64,000 bases of DNA from a cyanobacterium endosymbiont of Rhopalodia gibba. GTDB lineage: Bacteria > Cyanobacteriota > Cyanobacteriia > Cyanobacteriales > Microcystaceae. Numbering within the stretch: the first letter of the stretch is position 1; each line of letters opens with the position of its first letter. The notes under the pieces are model-generated. The model saw only the letters and a program-made list of their open reading frames with translations, did no database searches and was not told the DNA's origin. Both the position numbers and the translations under genes were made by a program. This document shows positions 31,851 to 44,127 of this stretch, in pieces. Location: contig CP067995.1 in the NCBI GenBank assembly GCA_045159875.1, positions 896,001 through 960,000 of the forward strand. Reading direction: 5' to 3'.

Positions 31851-34800
31851 CGGAAGGATTTATTGAATTGCTTGAAAGTCACTGAGAAGCACACAATATA
31901 GCGTCTAGGTAGTTATTATCGGAAGTATGTTACCTCACAAGCTAAAAGTCCCGCTTAAAATTGAGGTAGGGTATGAAGAAAAATTGCCAAAATACAAGGT
32001 TGGATTAAGAACAATTGGGAGATAGAAAGTAGATTTGTTGTAACTTACTCTTGCTAAAAGTAATCTTTAATCATATGTTTTTTCTACACCTAATACCTAG
32101 TGTATAGTTTAACTCCATTGTCACTCTGTCGAGTATGTCAAAAAAGATAATGTAGATTGTGAGTCGATTAACTGTAAGTCAAGAAATGTGATCATCATTA
32201 GTTTCAAAAGTATATTATTGATGTTAGAGATTATTGCTTTGATGAAACTAAGAGGGTTATTTAAAATAATTTGGAAACTTACTACTGAGATCAACTCTTT
32301 TGTAGAAACGAGTCAACCTATTATTATAATTGCCACTGATATTAGACCTAATACTTAAATCACTTCTGAAATCTTTGAGCCCTAAACTAAATATTAAGCT
32401 TATGTTATGCCACTTTTCCTCTTAATTAATTAACGAATTTCTATCTAAAAAATGAGTAAATAATAACTAAAATAATCACACAATTAAAAATAACATTGTT
32501 ATAAATAGAATGCGTGTTTGACTGTAGGTTATTCAATCTTTTAAATAGTTTTTATTGGCTTTATTAACTCTAAATAACAACTAAAAGTTATACTTTGTTT
32601 TTAGTAAAAATTTTAATCAGATTATCTGTTTTTGTCTTGCTAAGAATGGGAGAATTAAAATATTATATAAATTACTGAAAAAGATTAATATAAAGTAGTT
32701 TGATGTTAAAATTTTTCTATGAAATCAGCATTTATTTCTCTCAAGTGTCTGATTACCAGATTTTAGGTAATTTATGCCCTAGAATAACGATTATTCTTTA
32801 TAAGAGTTCCGATATTCTTTATAATAGTTCCGAACACAGAAAATTAGAAGAATGAGAAGACGCATAGCAATACTTTAAATATTCTCTTTCCTGAGATAAA
32901 AGAGTGAAGAGATAAAAGTTTAATTTTATCTAAAGGGTTTAGGTAAAAATATTCTTTATTCTTAACTGAATAATAAATGACCATTAAAAAGTCTATTTTT
33001 TCTAGACTAAATCTACTAAATTAGAGGTTAATAACTTCCAAAACTCTTATTTTGACTGTATTCTATACCTTGGCATATTTTTACTTTTATAAAGATTAAG
33101 TTTTGAAGATTTTAAAAAACTTGTTAGGTAAGACTTTTAGCTTTTATTTATCAAAATTTGATTACAGTTAAATTAGAAAAAACAAAGATATTTTTATACT
33201 CAATTAGTATTCTTCTAGGAATCTATTTTAGATAACTTTTAATCAGCTAGAGATATAGACTCTTCAAAAAAAAGCAAATTATCTTGACTAAAATCACATT
33301 TATAAAATGTTGCTTGAACGGCTTCTGTTAGATCTCTATCTGTATTTTCTCTTAAATTATTTATCATTATTTTTCCGATTTTAATTCATTATTTTTTTGT
33401 TATTACTGTTAATTTTTAATCTTTTTTATATATTATAGATATTTTCTATTTAAGGTATTTTTTATTTTACTATTAAGTTCTTATTTTTCAAATATTGTTA
33501 ACTAAATTGATTGACGGGACAGTATTCTTTTAGATGAGAATCAATAGAGATAAGTTAAACTCTAAGATAGTACCGATTATAGCTTTCGAGTCTAATATTA
33601 ATGCAGTTGTCTGATTTGACTAACTATCAAAGTAAGCATCCGTTCAAAACCTTATTCAAGGTCTATTATCAGGATGGGAACAACTTAGAATTATCACTAG
33701 ACTACCCAATTAATGGTAGTCCAGAATAGCTCAGATCTCTGAATGATTTCTAATGTGATTGATCTTATTTAGAGTTTATTTTCTCATTTTCTTAGAAAAC
33801 TTTAATTGAATAGAACTTTGTTAAGTTTCACCATTGTTTAAAACATACCTACTCTTTACTGATATATTCCTCTCATAAAGTTTGGCTACTGGCAGGATAG
33901 AATAGTGTCTATGCTGAAGGTTAACCTAACAGTTATAAGAATTACCCATCGATTTTTACTATTGCAATCGTACCGAAGGAGCATTACAAGTGAAATTGCT
34001 CAAGTATGTAGAAACGATTTAAATCCTGATTAGCTAACTGTTGCAGTTATTGCTCTCTACTATCTTCAGCATTCTCGTTTCTTTGTCTATCACCGCCATT
34101 TGCACTCGGACTTTCTTGCTTTTCTTTGCAGAGACTGTTCATTTAGTAGTTTGTTCAATTGATTTTTTTAAAATTTCTTCACATTAACCAAATCAAAAAC
34201 TCAGACAGTAAGAAACAGCTCTTTCAGTTTACTTAGTTAAAATTTTTAAGCTAATCCTGTTACTCGTACTGGTGGAGCCTAACAAATAGAAATCAAACGG
34301 AATCAATAGAAGTTAACTCTGTTAAAAATAGCTGTTCTTCGAGACGATTTTATCAATGTTATTGCTAATACCTTTACCCAAGAAACTCTTGAGCTGCTTG
34401 TGTTCAATCGGAGAGCTTTCTGTACTTATAAAAATCTATAGAGTGTTCCTGTTCGTAGTGTTTTAAAACTAAAAAATGTTTTTTTGAAAAAATAACTCTG
34501 TTATCTTAACTCTTGAAATTCTACTATAAATTGGCAAAAAAATTAACTGAATTCAGCTAGTAATAGAGTTTTTTAAAATAAATAAAAATCAATAAATTAA
34601 AGTTTAATTTTTTTAAAAAAAAGTAATTTTTTAGAAGAAAATATATAAAAAAATTTCTTATTTATCAAAAAATAATAAATTTATATCAGAATATTTTTCT
34701 TAAAAATACAACTATGAGAAACTATCACTCTAGCAAATAAACTAGAGTAGAAAAATCAACCATTATTAATTTTATTAATTAATAATAGTTGATTTAATAT

Positions 34801-36091
34801 TAGCTGGATTTTACTTAATGTTCAAGAGCTCATACAATTTTAATTTATTAAACATTTTTTCAGGGCCTTAATACAATCAATCGTGTTTTTTTTGAAAAAA
34901 AGTAATAAAAATTGACGATTTTTTTTTATGACGTCAATTAGGCATGTTTTTTCTCAACAAAGAAAGATATTTTCTGTACTCAGAAGCCAAATTTTTAACT
35001 TCTGAAGTATTATAGATATTTAACTTTTCAAGAAACTATATCTTTTTCTACTCACCGCTTATTCGTTATTGGTCAAGCAAACTAAATTTTTTTGTAGAAA
35101 AAAGAAAGATCGTTGCAAGTGTAAACTATTGTCAACTTCTTACTTAAGATAGTATTTTTGCTGCACTCCATGATTTTTAAATAAAGATAGCCAGTCAATA
35201 AATTGTTAAACAACAGCTTTATTATTACTAGATTTAAGTATCCATTAATAGAGTTAACGGCTTATTTTATAATAAGCTTGATTAATTATAACTGAACATA
35301 ATAAATAAATTGTAAGAAAAACAAACGACTTTAATCTGAGTAAAGAACTAAACTTTCAATCTGCTACTGGCAGAAAATAATGATAAAAATTTCTATAAAA
35401 ATTGTTTAAAATCTTATAAAGGTTATTAGTTTTTCGTCCATTGTCTAGGCAGTTTTCTTTATCTAGAAATAAGGATTATTTAATTTACGTATTAAATTTT
35501 GTCACTCCGAAGATTTATACAATTGTTACAGAAATTAATGTTGTTAACAAAATTGTTGTCTTTAGAAAAGATTTTAGAAATATTCTATATTATAAAATAA
35601 TGACAAAATGTTTTATTCTGACTAATCTAGACTTAGAGGGAGAACATATAGCTAAATTGTTTTCTTGTATGTGAATTTGTTACGTTCCAATAATTTAAAA
35701 GATTAACTTCTAGGGATTACTTCAGCTATATGTTTTTTTGACAATAAGTAATTTCATTTCTAATCTTAAAGAACAGTTTTTTGCTCAAAGAAATTTACAG
35801 ATACATTACTGGGGCTCGCAAATTAGTATCTAGGTAGAAATAGTTTATCAAAAAGTAGAAAAGTCCAAAAAATAGCCCGGTAAAGATTATTTGCAAATTT
35901 AAAAAACTTAGTCATTATAAAATTGACGTAGCAGATGAATTTTACCATTATTACATAATTATGATTTCTGACAAAAAACTGGTAGTACAGAAAAAGATTA
36001 TAATATTACTTCAAGGCGAGCAGTGCGTCGACTTACAAGGCTTTATAAGCCTATCAATGTTCTAATCATATACATCGTGCAATAGAACTTT

Positions 36092-36400
36092 TTAAAAAAG
36101 TTCTATCGGGAAAAATGTTTTCAACATTTTTCTTACCTTCAATAAAAAGATAATGTGTTTTAATTTAGAATTAAGTTCAGAAGGGTAGGGACTTTCAGCT
36201 AATCTCGCTTTAATATCGACATATTCTCTGGCTGTTAAAGGTTTTCCATCAATAGGTGATCGCCCTTCGGTAACAATTTCTGTCCGCAAAATTTCTTCAG
36301 GTATATCTTCAGGAGGAGGCAAGGCTACTGCTAAATTTAACTCTAATACTAACCCAACTATGTTGACAAAAATTGACCATTTTAATAAACGATAATTCAT
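36092..36400 (-). CDS. Conserved cyanobacterial hypothetical protein with signal-peptide-like N-terminus
   Basis: ALPPPEDIPEEILRTEIVTEGRSPIDGKPLTA..Y motif; immediately downstream of the GST gene. Confidence 0.75.
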   Translation of the reverse strand: MNYRLLKWSIFVNIVGLVLELNLAVALPPPEDIPEEILRTEIVTEGRSPIDGKPLTAREYVDIKARLAESPYPSELNSKLKHIIFLLKVRKMLKTFFPIELF

Positions 36401-36414
36401 AGAAACTTTTTTAG

Positions 36415-37083
36415 TTAATTTAACCCTGCTGGTAACTTTTCTCCACAGATTTCATGGATTGCAATTATTTTTTCAAACAACCAAGGATAATTCTGACGAT
36501 ACTCAGGAATCAAGCTTAAAGGACTCAGTAAAGCTGAGGCTGTTAAATCAGCAACACTTAAGCGATCACCCACTAAATAGGGCTGATACTGCCAGTAGGA
36601 TAACACATTTATGGCATTTTTCAATCGTTCTGAGGCTAATTCTACGGTAGCAGAAGTAATATTATATTGATGACGGACAATATTAATTAGCATTTGACTA
36701 AACAAGGAAGAATCAATAGATTTTCCTTCTCCTGCACGAAAATGATAGTAAATAAAACGAGTAGCGGTTCCGATGCTCTCATCTAACCAGTCTTCTAACA
36801 ACCAAGCTTGGGTTTGTTTATTAGCATCAGATAACATTAATGGAGGATTATTTTGATAGGTTTCAAGGTATTGAAAAATTCGAGTTGAGTCAGCAATTAT
36901 TTGAGGTTCTTCTACTTTTTGAGGTAATAAGACTGGAACTTTTGTTAACCCTGTGAGAGGTCTTAATTTAAGTATATGTAAGCCTGGTGTTAGGTTTTCA
37001 ACTTGATAAGAAATTTTTTTATACCCTAATGCTAATCTAGCTTTACGGCAATAATGAGAGGTACTAAATTGTAACAATAACAT
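36415..37083 (-). CDS. Glutathione S-transferase family protein
   Basis: QFSTSHYCRKARLAL, VPVL, DSTRI and YLVGDRLSVADL motifs. Confidence 0.9.
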   Translation of the reverse strand: MLLLQFSTSHYCRKARLALGYKKISYQVENLTPGLHILKLRPLTGLTKVPVLLPQKVEEPQIIADSTRIFQYLETYQNNPPLMLSDANKQTQAWLLEDWLDESIGTATRFIYYHFRAGEGKSIDSSLFSQMLINIVRHQYNITSATVELASERLKNAINVLSYWQYQPYLVGDRLSVADLTASALLSPLSLIPEYRQNYPWLFEKIIAIHEICGEKLPAGLN

Positions 37084-38071
37084 AAGCTAATCAGTAATCA
37101 ATGTTAAACATAATAATCAACTGCAGACAAAGACCTAATTTCACTAGAAACAATTATCCTAAAAGGAACTAAATGTCTCGGAAAGAGAGTAGTCTTAATT
37201 TTTAAGCTTAACCTTTTATGGGTAAAACTACCTTATTTGCAGCACTGTACTATAACACGGTTTTAAAAACTGTTATTTCTAAGACACTTTACTAATTTTA
37301 AAAATACAATTATGACTAGGGGGACACAAAAAAATGTCATTTTAAAACCCCTATCATTTATCTTTAATTGTTAAAATTATGGACACAAGCGCATAACTTC
37401 TCATTTAGAAATTTTTGAGGAGGAATAGTTATTTTAAAAATCTAAACTAATTAGATTTTCTTGAAAAATTTAATTCTATTCATTTTACATATAAAATTTT
37501 TGACAATAATTAACTATTTTTTTAAATGTTAAAACAATTTTTTGTATAGAAAGTCAATCAATTCATTTGAATGAGTTTAAAAAAATTACTGAATTTATTA
37601 TAAAATAGTAGAATGTTATTTATTTTGTTAATTTACATTAATGTTTAATAAATTTGTCTTGAGTTTATTGGACTACAGTTTTAGTTCAAAAGTCATCAAT
37701 CTTGACTTTTTTTGAATTTTGTTGGCACTTTCTAGTTGATTTATACTAGTAATCACATAAAGTTTTGCTTTCTGTAATTCTTTTTTAAATACAGATTTTT
37801 AGTTCATCAAAAATTGAAAACAAGCCATGCAAGTAGCAATAATAGGACTGAGAATTAATAAATGTTCGATTATTTTATAGCTGGCTTGATAACAGTTACA
37901 CCCAATTAATCCCATGATTTTTTTCGGTCAAGGAAAGAATAATAAGTTTATTAGTTGATCAGTCAAGGACAGAGTTTTACTAAAGACTGCTAATTGTTAT
38001 TGAGTTCCTTCTAAGAGGTTTGTACTTCGATTTTAAGCAAAATTAAAAGTGATCGTTGGCTTTAGAAGATA

Positions 38072-38119
38072 ATAATTAAGTCCAGATACCATTTTAGAAT
38101 GGTATCTGGACTTAATTAT
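38072..38119. repeat. 22-bp perfect inverted repeat, 4-nt loop
   Basis: ataattaagtccagataccatt-ttag-aatggtatctggacttaattat. Confidence 0.95.
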
Positions 38120-38399
38120 AGTGAAGATTATATCGACTATTTTAGGACTAAAATTAATTAGAACTCAACCAAACTTAGGATGGCAAAAGTCTGTTGACTC
38201 TTAACATGGTTTTGTTATATAACAGTTTTTATGAGAAGTAAACTGTTATAAACTAAGAAAAATCTAAATAAGGTTTTCAAAGTTTTAGTAGTACAAATAT
38301 TACATGATAGGTTCAACAGAATTGTGATTATTTAGAAACTAAATTAAGACTCTAACCTCTTTTTGATTAAAAGTTAAGGATCAGTTACTGAAATGATCC

Positions 38400-39620
38400 T
38401 TAACTATCGTCTACCTGATAATTTAATTGCTGTATTTCTGAGATAGAAATCTATCCAGCTAATTGTTTAATTACTATTTTTATCTGGGAATATCGTTCGA
38501 AAATTTCTTTGTTAAAAACGGCAATTGCTTCATAAGAGGAATATATTCACTGACTTTTAAAATAGTTTTTATATTATATTTTTCGGTATCTTCTTGACGA
38601 ATTAAAAGACCTACACTTTTTCAAAATACTAAAAATTGCATAACTTTTAAGTTAAATTTTTATCAGCTACTTTAACTTGTTTGTCTCCTTATTTAGAATT
38701 ACTAATTTTGTTTTAGTTGAAAATGTTATAAAAGCAATTATACTATATTTAACGCAACTATTACTTGATAAATTTCTAGGTATTCTATAAAAAAAAATCC
38801 TTAATTTAATTTATATTCCACGTAAAAATTATAAAATAATGTTTTTTATAAAGTTTTTAGAGCCAATTACTATAGTTCCACTTCCCTGACTTTCTGAGAA
38901 CAACTGTTTGTAGATTATCCTAAATAAACTCAATAAAATTACTACCGCGATCCCACAAATAATTAGAACACTTTTTTTGTATTGAAATTGTGATTTTTTA
39001 CACTGAGTCAAAAATTTTTCTCACGAACTAATTACTCGATAAGCCACTAAAGTAATTAATTCTGCTGAAATTTACCCTAATAAAATCAATTGATTATTAA
39101 CAATTGAAATGCCTCCAAAAACAAAAAACTCTAAGCCTCCTCCACTGAGGGCAGCAGAAATAATAGTAACACGCACACAAATTATTATAGAAACTCTTAC
39201 TTTTGCTAGTATCATACCTATAGCAAATAAAATTTTAAGCAATAACAATATCTATTAATCTGTTATATATATTATTTTTTTACTTCTCTTCCTCCTTTAT
39301 CAGCTTATATTATTCACATATCAATATTTTAAGTAATGGGAATCAAGGCATAAAAAATTAATCTAAAAATAGTAGTTTTTTTAAATTTTTCTTGTCACGT
39401 CAACGGTAATATCAAAAACAAACATGGCAATACTAGAGACTGTTTGAACAGAGTTTACGAGCAAAAAATAGAATTTACTAACTTAATATATCGAGTGATA
39501 AAAATACAAAGAGGAATATTTATTAAAATTGCTGTTTTTATAGTAATAACAACTAGAATTAAATGCTCTTTAATTTCTTTAAAAAGCTCTTGACTAAAAA
39601 AAATTAAAAAAATCATTCAT
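38400..39620 (-). pseudogene. Osmoprotectant (glycine betaine/proline) ABC transporter permease fused to substrate-binding domain, heavily decayed
   Basis: Fragments EHLILVVITIKTAILINIPL, NSVQTVSSIAMF, ISAALSGGGLEFFVFGGISIVNNQLILLG and TIVIGSKNF match OpuB/ProWX-type fusions; 3' end approximate. Confidence 0.75.
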
Positions 39621-40196
39621 TATAAATAGGTAAATAGTTGAACACAATTTAAAGTTAATAGAAATAAAAAATAATCAAAAAATTAGTCTATTACAAACTA
39701 ATACTATAAAATTAATTGGTGAAATACTAGACAAAGAAACTTCAGAATTAAGATTAATATTTTTTTCTATAAGTTCTCCTTTAAATCAACTTTAATCTAG
39801 AGTTAATACTTGCTATTATCTCCTGAGTTGTTAATTGTAGAAAATAAACAACACTTTCTTCAGTTCAATAAATGATATTCTATGTATTTTTTTGAAAAAA
39901 TTAGCTACTTTAAATATTCTTAATACTAGATAGTGTACTTTTTTAAAAGCTGTTTTTAGTTTCTCTCTTAATTAAAATAAATTTTAAAAATTTAGGTTAT
40001 ATGTTGATATTTAACTTTTTTTTAGTTTTTACTTAATATTTTCGGTTATTCAACTATTATAGTTTTTGCCGGGTATTTCTAAAGTATTTAAACTCTAATT
40101 TAAGAGTATTTTTTGATAAGCTAACTAAGTATTAAGTAATTGCAGTATATAAAATTATTTTTTTACTACTTTAATATGTAGCATTAATTGATCTAC

Positions 40197-40238
40197 AAAA
40201 TAACCTATAGATTGTAAAAAAAAACTATAGGTTATTTT
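40197..40238. repeat. 14-bp inverted repeat
   Basis: aaaataacctatag-N14-ctataggttatttt. Confidence 0.85.
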
Positions 40239-40594
40239 ATCTAATTTTATTAGAAACATCTTTTCCTCCTTGGTTCTTAAAACACAGCAATTGTATTAAT
40301 TGCTAAGTATTCTAATTTATGAAGGTCTTCTTTATGTAATTTTTTGGCTAAACTTTTGAGCATCATTTATTGTTCATTTGTTTTATGTTATATTAATTAC
40401 TTTGAATTTAACAAAAATTATCTCAAGATGGACGGCTATCTTCGTCCAAGAAAAATCTATAAGAGTCAATTTATTATTTTGTGGAAAACACTAAAACAAT
40501 AGAGAGTTCAGTTCAAGTATATTGATATACAATTTTTTAGTAAAACTCAAATTAAAATTTATAACGGCTATTTAAAATTTAATGTTATATTTTT

Positions 40595-41128
40595 CTATTC
40601 TGATTCTTCGTCAATAGGCTTAAAAAGCCGACTGTCAGAAATAACACGAGTACAAGCCCAGTTACTTGGAAGGGAAGACGGCCACCCCATGCGAATCGCT
40701 TCTGGACAAATCGTCATTACTGTAAGTTGACAGTCGATTAACTGAAACCCTTTTTTTTCACATTGTCTTAAGCTGTGTTTTAGAATAGACTTGTTTTTGA
40801 ATTCAATAGTTTTATTACACTGAATACACACCATATGATGGTGATGATGAGGAGAAGGGTGATTCAGTTCATAATGTTTATGACCTTCAGCTAGTTCTAA
40901 TTCTCGTAGAATTCCCATACGAGACATCAATTTAATGCTGCGATAAATCGTTGACAAACTAATCCCTTCTTTTCTTTTTTCCAGGAGTTCGTAGAGTTCT
41001 TCCGCACTTAAATGATTGCCCCTGGAAAGATTTTGGAAGACATGAAGAATTTTTTCTCGTTGGGCAGTTAAACGCCAACCTCTGGCATTTAGCTCGGCTT
41101 TTAGAGATATAGAGGTATAGGCAGGCAT
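40595..41128 (-). CDS. furA: Ferric uptake regulator FurA
   Basis: LKAELNARGWRLT.QRE.IL, HLSAEEL, STIYR, GHKHYEL and HHHHHMVCIQC motifs. Confidence 0.93.
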   Translation of the reverse strand: MPAYTSISLKAELNARGWRLTAQREKILHVFQNLSRGNHLSAEELYELLEKRKEGISLSTIYRSIKLMSRMGILRELELAEGHKHYELNHPSPHHHHHMVCIQCNKTIEFKNKSILKHSLRQCEKKGFQLIDCQLTVMTICPEAIRMGWPSSLPSNWACTRVISDSRLFKPIDEESE

Positions 41129-41186
41129 AATCAATCACTCTTAAATAACGTTCTCTAATTCACAATCATAATCTTTCAGAACCCTA

Positions 41187-41205
41187 ATTAGCAATAAGTC
41201 TCATT
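41187..41205 (-). promoter_or_regulatory. Possible Fur box upstream of furA
   Basis: aatgagacttattgctaat resembles the AT-rich 19-bp Fur consensus; the AT-rich background weakens the match. Confidence 0.35.
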
Positions 41206-42142
41206 TACCATCATTTTTTACAAAAAAATATTACTAACGAAAAAATTAAAAATTAGAATGACAATTGTGTTGCTAATCTATTAGTCAAGTTTCTTACTAA
41301 GAGAAAGCATGTTTAAAGAGAAAAATATTATAGGTATGAAGTCCATATCTACTGAGTTAAATCCTTTAAATTTAGCTTTTGATGATATTTTTACCCACAA
41401 AATTTTTCTGTATAAAATATAAAATTAGCCAATTAAACTAAAGCTAAATCGACTTTTAAAATAAAAACTTCTTACATACTTATCAAGTCCTCTTCTTAGA
41501 AGGAATTTTATGGACGGACTGTCTGTATATAAAATAGAATTAAAATTTATGCTATAAATTAAGGAAAAAAAATAATACGAAGTTTTTTTAGATTTCTTCA
41601 AACAAATCAACTAAAATTCCTCTAACAGGGTTATCAATTTTAATTTAATCAAAAATTTTACAAATAAGACTGTTAACATGTTGGTGATTAAGGCAATGAT
41701 TTCTAGGCAACCGATAGTAAGTGAGTAACCTTCAATAAACCTTAATAAAATTAATTATTTTACATCTTTACATTGAAGCAATAAAAGTTTAATTGATATT
41801 ACCTAACCTGATATTTGTTATAGTATTTACTTTGAACCATACTTCATTTAACTTCCTTTCGATAATTTCCTAAACTTTTACTTGATACCATTTCTCTTCT
41901 ATTATATTCAGTCATAAATTTTAATTTGGCAAACAATATAAGTATTTTTTTTATTGTTATTTTTTTAACGGTAATAGATTATTTTTGACTCCATGTAATT
42001 TGTTTTATTTTTATTTTTTTATTCTAGTTATTTTTTCTTATGCTCAGCAAAGAGTATCATATTGGTCTGTTTTTTAAATCATTTTTAAATAGATAGTTTT
42101 TAAAATTTTATTTTTTAATTATTATACTGAGTCTGAAATTTA

Positions 42143-42176
42143 TTTAAGTTTACATACTCTTGGATGTAAACTTAAA
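42143..42176. repeat. 13-bp inverted repeat
   Basis: tttaagtttacat-actcttgg-atgtaaacttaaa. Confidence 0.85.
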
Positions 42177-42938
42177 ATTTCTGTTTTTGTTCTCGTCCTG
42201 AAGGAAATTATTCAGCAACAAGTTAATTTTAATAGTGTTTAATTTTCTAATTATATTAGTTTTTACTAGTTAAATTGTATTTAATAAAATTTTTTTAATA
42301 ATATTTTTATTTTGGATTTATCTAAGTTTAGCTACTGTATATTGAAGCATTTATCTTTAATAATTTTTCTCAAAACATACTTTATTTAATTAATTAAATA
42401 ATGATAATTTTAATATTTTTAAATCCTTTTATATTTATTCTATTAATGATTTTGTTAGTAAACAAACTATATATTTTTAAGTAAAAATATTAAAAATATT
42501 TGATAACTATAAATATGTAATAATACTTATTATTAACATGCCTAATCTAGTTCCTAAGTTTGAAAATATTATTATTTTTTATAGCTGCAATAATTAACTT
42601 CCTTATTTAAAAATTCATTTTTATAAAAATATTTTTAATTAAACTGGAACAGCCTAGCAATCAAAATAATTAGCTAATCTTTTTTTACTAATTTTATCAG
42701 TAAGATCAGTCTTAATTATTAGATTTTGAGTTGTAAACGTACTGGGCAAAAAATAAAGACTTTGATCACTGATTATCATTATTCAAGACTTAGCAGTTAA
42801 ACCTATCATAATTTAGAAAGTTGCCCCAGTCTTTTAAAGAAAGATAATTCATTACTGTTCCTACTAACTTAGATAGATATAGTATGTTGACTATATCGGT
42901 AACTATCATTTATCTAGCCCAAAGTCCCAAAAATAAAT

Positions 42939-42981
42939 TTACCTCTATTAGAGACGTCAAAATCGTCTTTAATAGAGGTAA
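42939..42981 (-). terminator. 18-bp hairpin with one mismatch, downstream of the DUF2854 relic (former terminator?)
   Basis: ttacctctattagagacg-tcaaaat-cgtctttaatagaggtaa. Confidence 0.55.
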
Positions 42982-42989
42982 GCAAGATT

Positions 42990-43631
42990 ATCTCATCTTA
43001 TACTTATTGTAGTCAGGAAATTTGTTTCCTGAATCAACGTACGGAAAAAAAGTGTTAATTATTATTTCCAAAAAAAAGACTAGTAAGACTTGTAATAAAT
43101 TACAGACTACTTTACATTGACTAAAATGTACACCGTAGATCATAAGTTTTTTATAGAAAAAAGGCAACAGATAAAACAAAAAAATGATAAATTTAGTTAA
43201 CAAAAAAAATAGTTAAAAGCAGATAAAATAAACAGAAAGATAGAAAATTTTTCCATTTGTAGAATAACCAGTATCGGTCTTTTCTTATACGTCAGACTTC
43301 AACCTTAATCTTTCTTTCTAGAAGCTTATCAAGATGAACTTCTTATCCGTAATGATAACGAGTAATATTTCTATAAATCTAGTTTTGGGTCTTGGTGAAC
43401 TACTTCTTTCCAATATCTAATACTCTTGGTGATGTGGGTTGACGTAATAAGGTTCGTTTCAATTCTGCAATTTTCCAAGCTAACTTCCTTAATCAAATAG
43501 AAACATTATAAAAAATTTTGGTAAATTAAATGCGACATTTTATTTTCTTGATCATAGACCACAAAACCAATTATTGTTAAAAATTTCTCCACAGTCAAGT
43601 TCACTGATACTAATGAAATTCTTGATAACGT
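42990..43631 (-). pseudogene. DUF2854 / APE1 (Slr0575-like) thylakoid protein pseudogene
   Basis: LSRISL...LTIIGFVVY and LAWKIAELKRTLLRQPTSPRVL..TKTQN*IYRNITRYHYG*EVHLDKLLER match DUF2854 (LALKAAELKP..QPTSPEVL..TQNQIRKDVTRYRYGQEAHLD..LERL); ACG at the expected start. Confidence 0.8.
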
Positions 43632-43861
43632 ATCAATTTTTTATAGATGCGCTCACTTCAATTTTTATTATCCTTATTTGGAGGCATAAAGAAAAGAAGC
43701 ATGGAAAACCTAAAATTGACTGTCAAGTTGCTTTTATCTTAATTAAAATCGTAATTTACCATCAAAATAGACTTTTTTCTTGGCTAGAAAAGTTTAATGT
43801 TTTAATATAGAAAGATACGATCGATTATGCTACGATAGGTCCTAGTTTTAGGAAAGTGCCA

Positions 43862-44044
43862 ATGAACCCAGATACTATTCGGGAAAAAGTTAAAGCCATC
43901 GAAGGTGAGCGAGAATTTTTAGTCCAACTTCTCAATAAACCAGATTTGGGAATTTTGAGTATCGATGTCAAGCAAGCTATTGAGGAACTTGATGAGTTAA
44001 TTGATGAATTTGAATTTACTTTTTCGGAAAAAAATATAAATTAA
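43862..44044 (+). CDS. Small conserved cyanobacterial hypothetical protein
   Basis: LVQLLNKPDLGILSIDVKQAIEELDELIDEF pattern; followed by a terminator-like hairpin. Confidence 0.7.
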   Translation: MNPDTIREKVKAIEGEREFLVQLLNKPDLGILSIDVKQAIEELDELIDEFEFTFSEKNIN

Positions 44045-44098
44045 ATCACTAGTATGGTAAACGAAAGTCAGAAAAGGCTTAAGTCCATAATATTTCAT

Positions 44099-44127
44099 AA
44101 AAGCCATTTTTAAAATGGCTTTTTTTA
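44099..44127 (+). terminator. Rho-independent terminator
   Basis: aaaagccatttt-t-aaaatggctttt followed by a T run. Confidence 0.7.

Noticed and set aside
38072..38405. Possible CRISPR or MITE array
   Set aside because: The hairpins are unrelated in sequence; no direct repeats, cas genes, transposase or target-site duplications are seen.
40200..41130. Antisense RNA to furA, known in some cyanobacteria
   Set aside because: No promoter or transcript evidence is visible from sequence alone.
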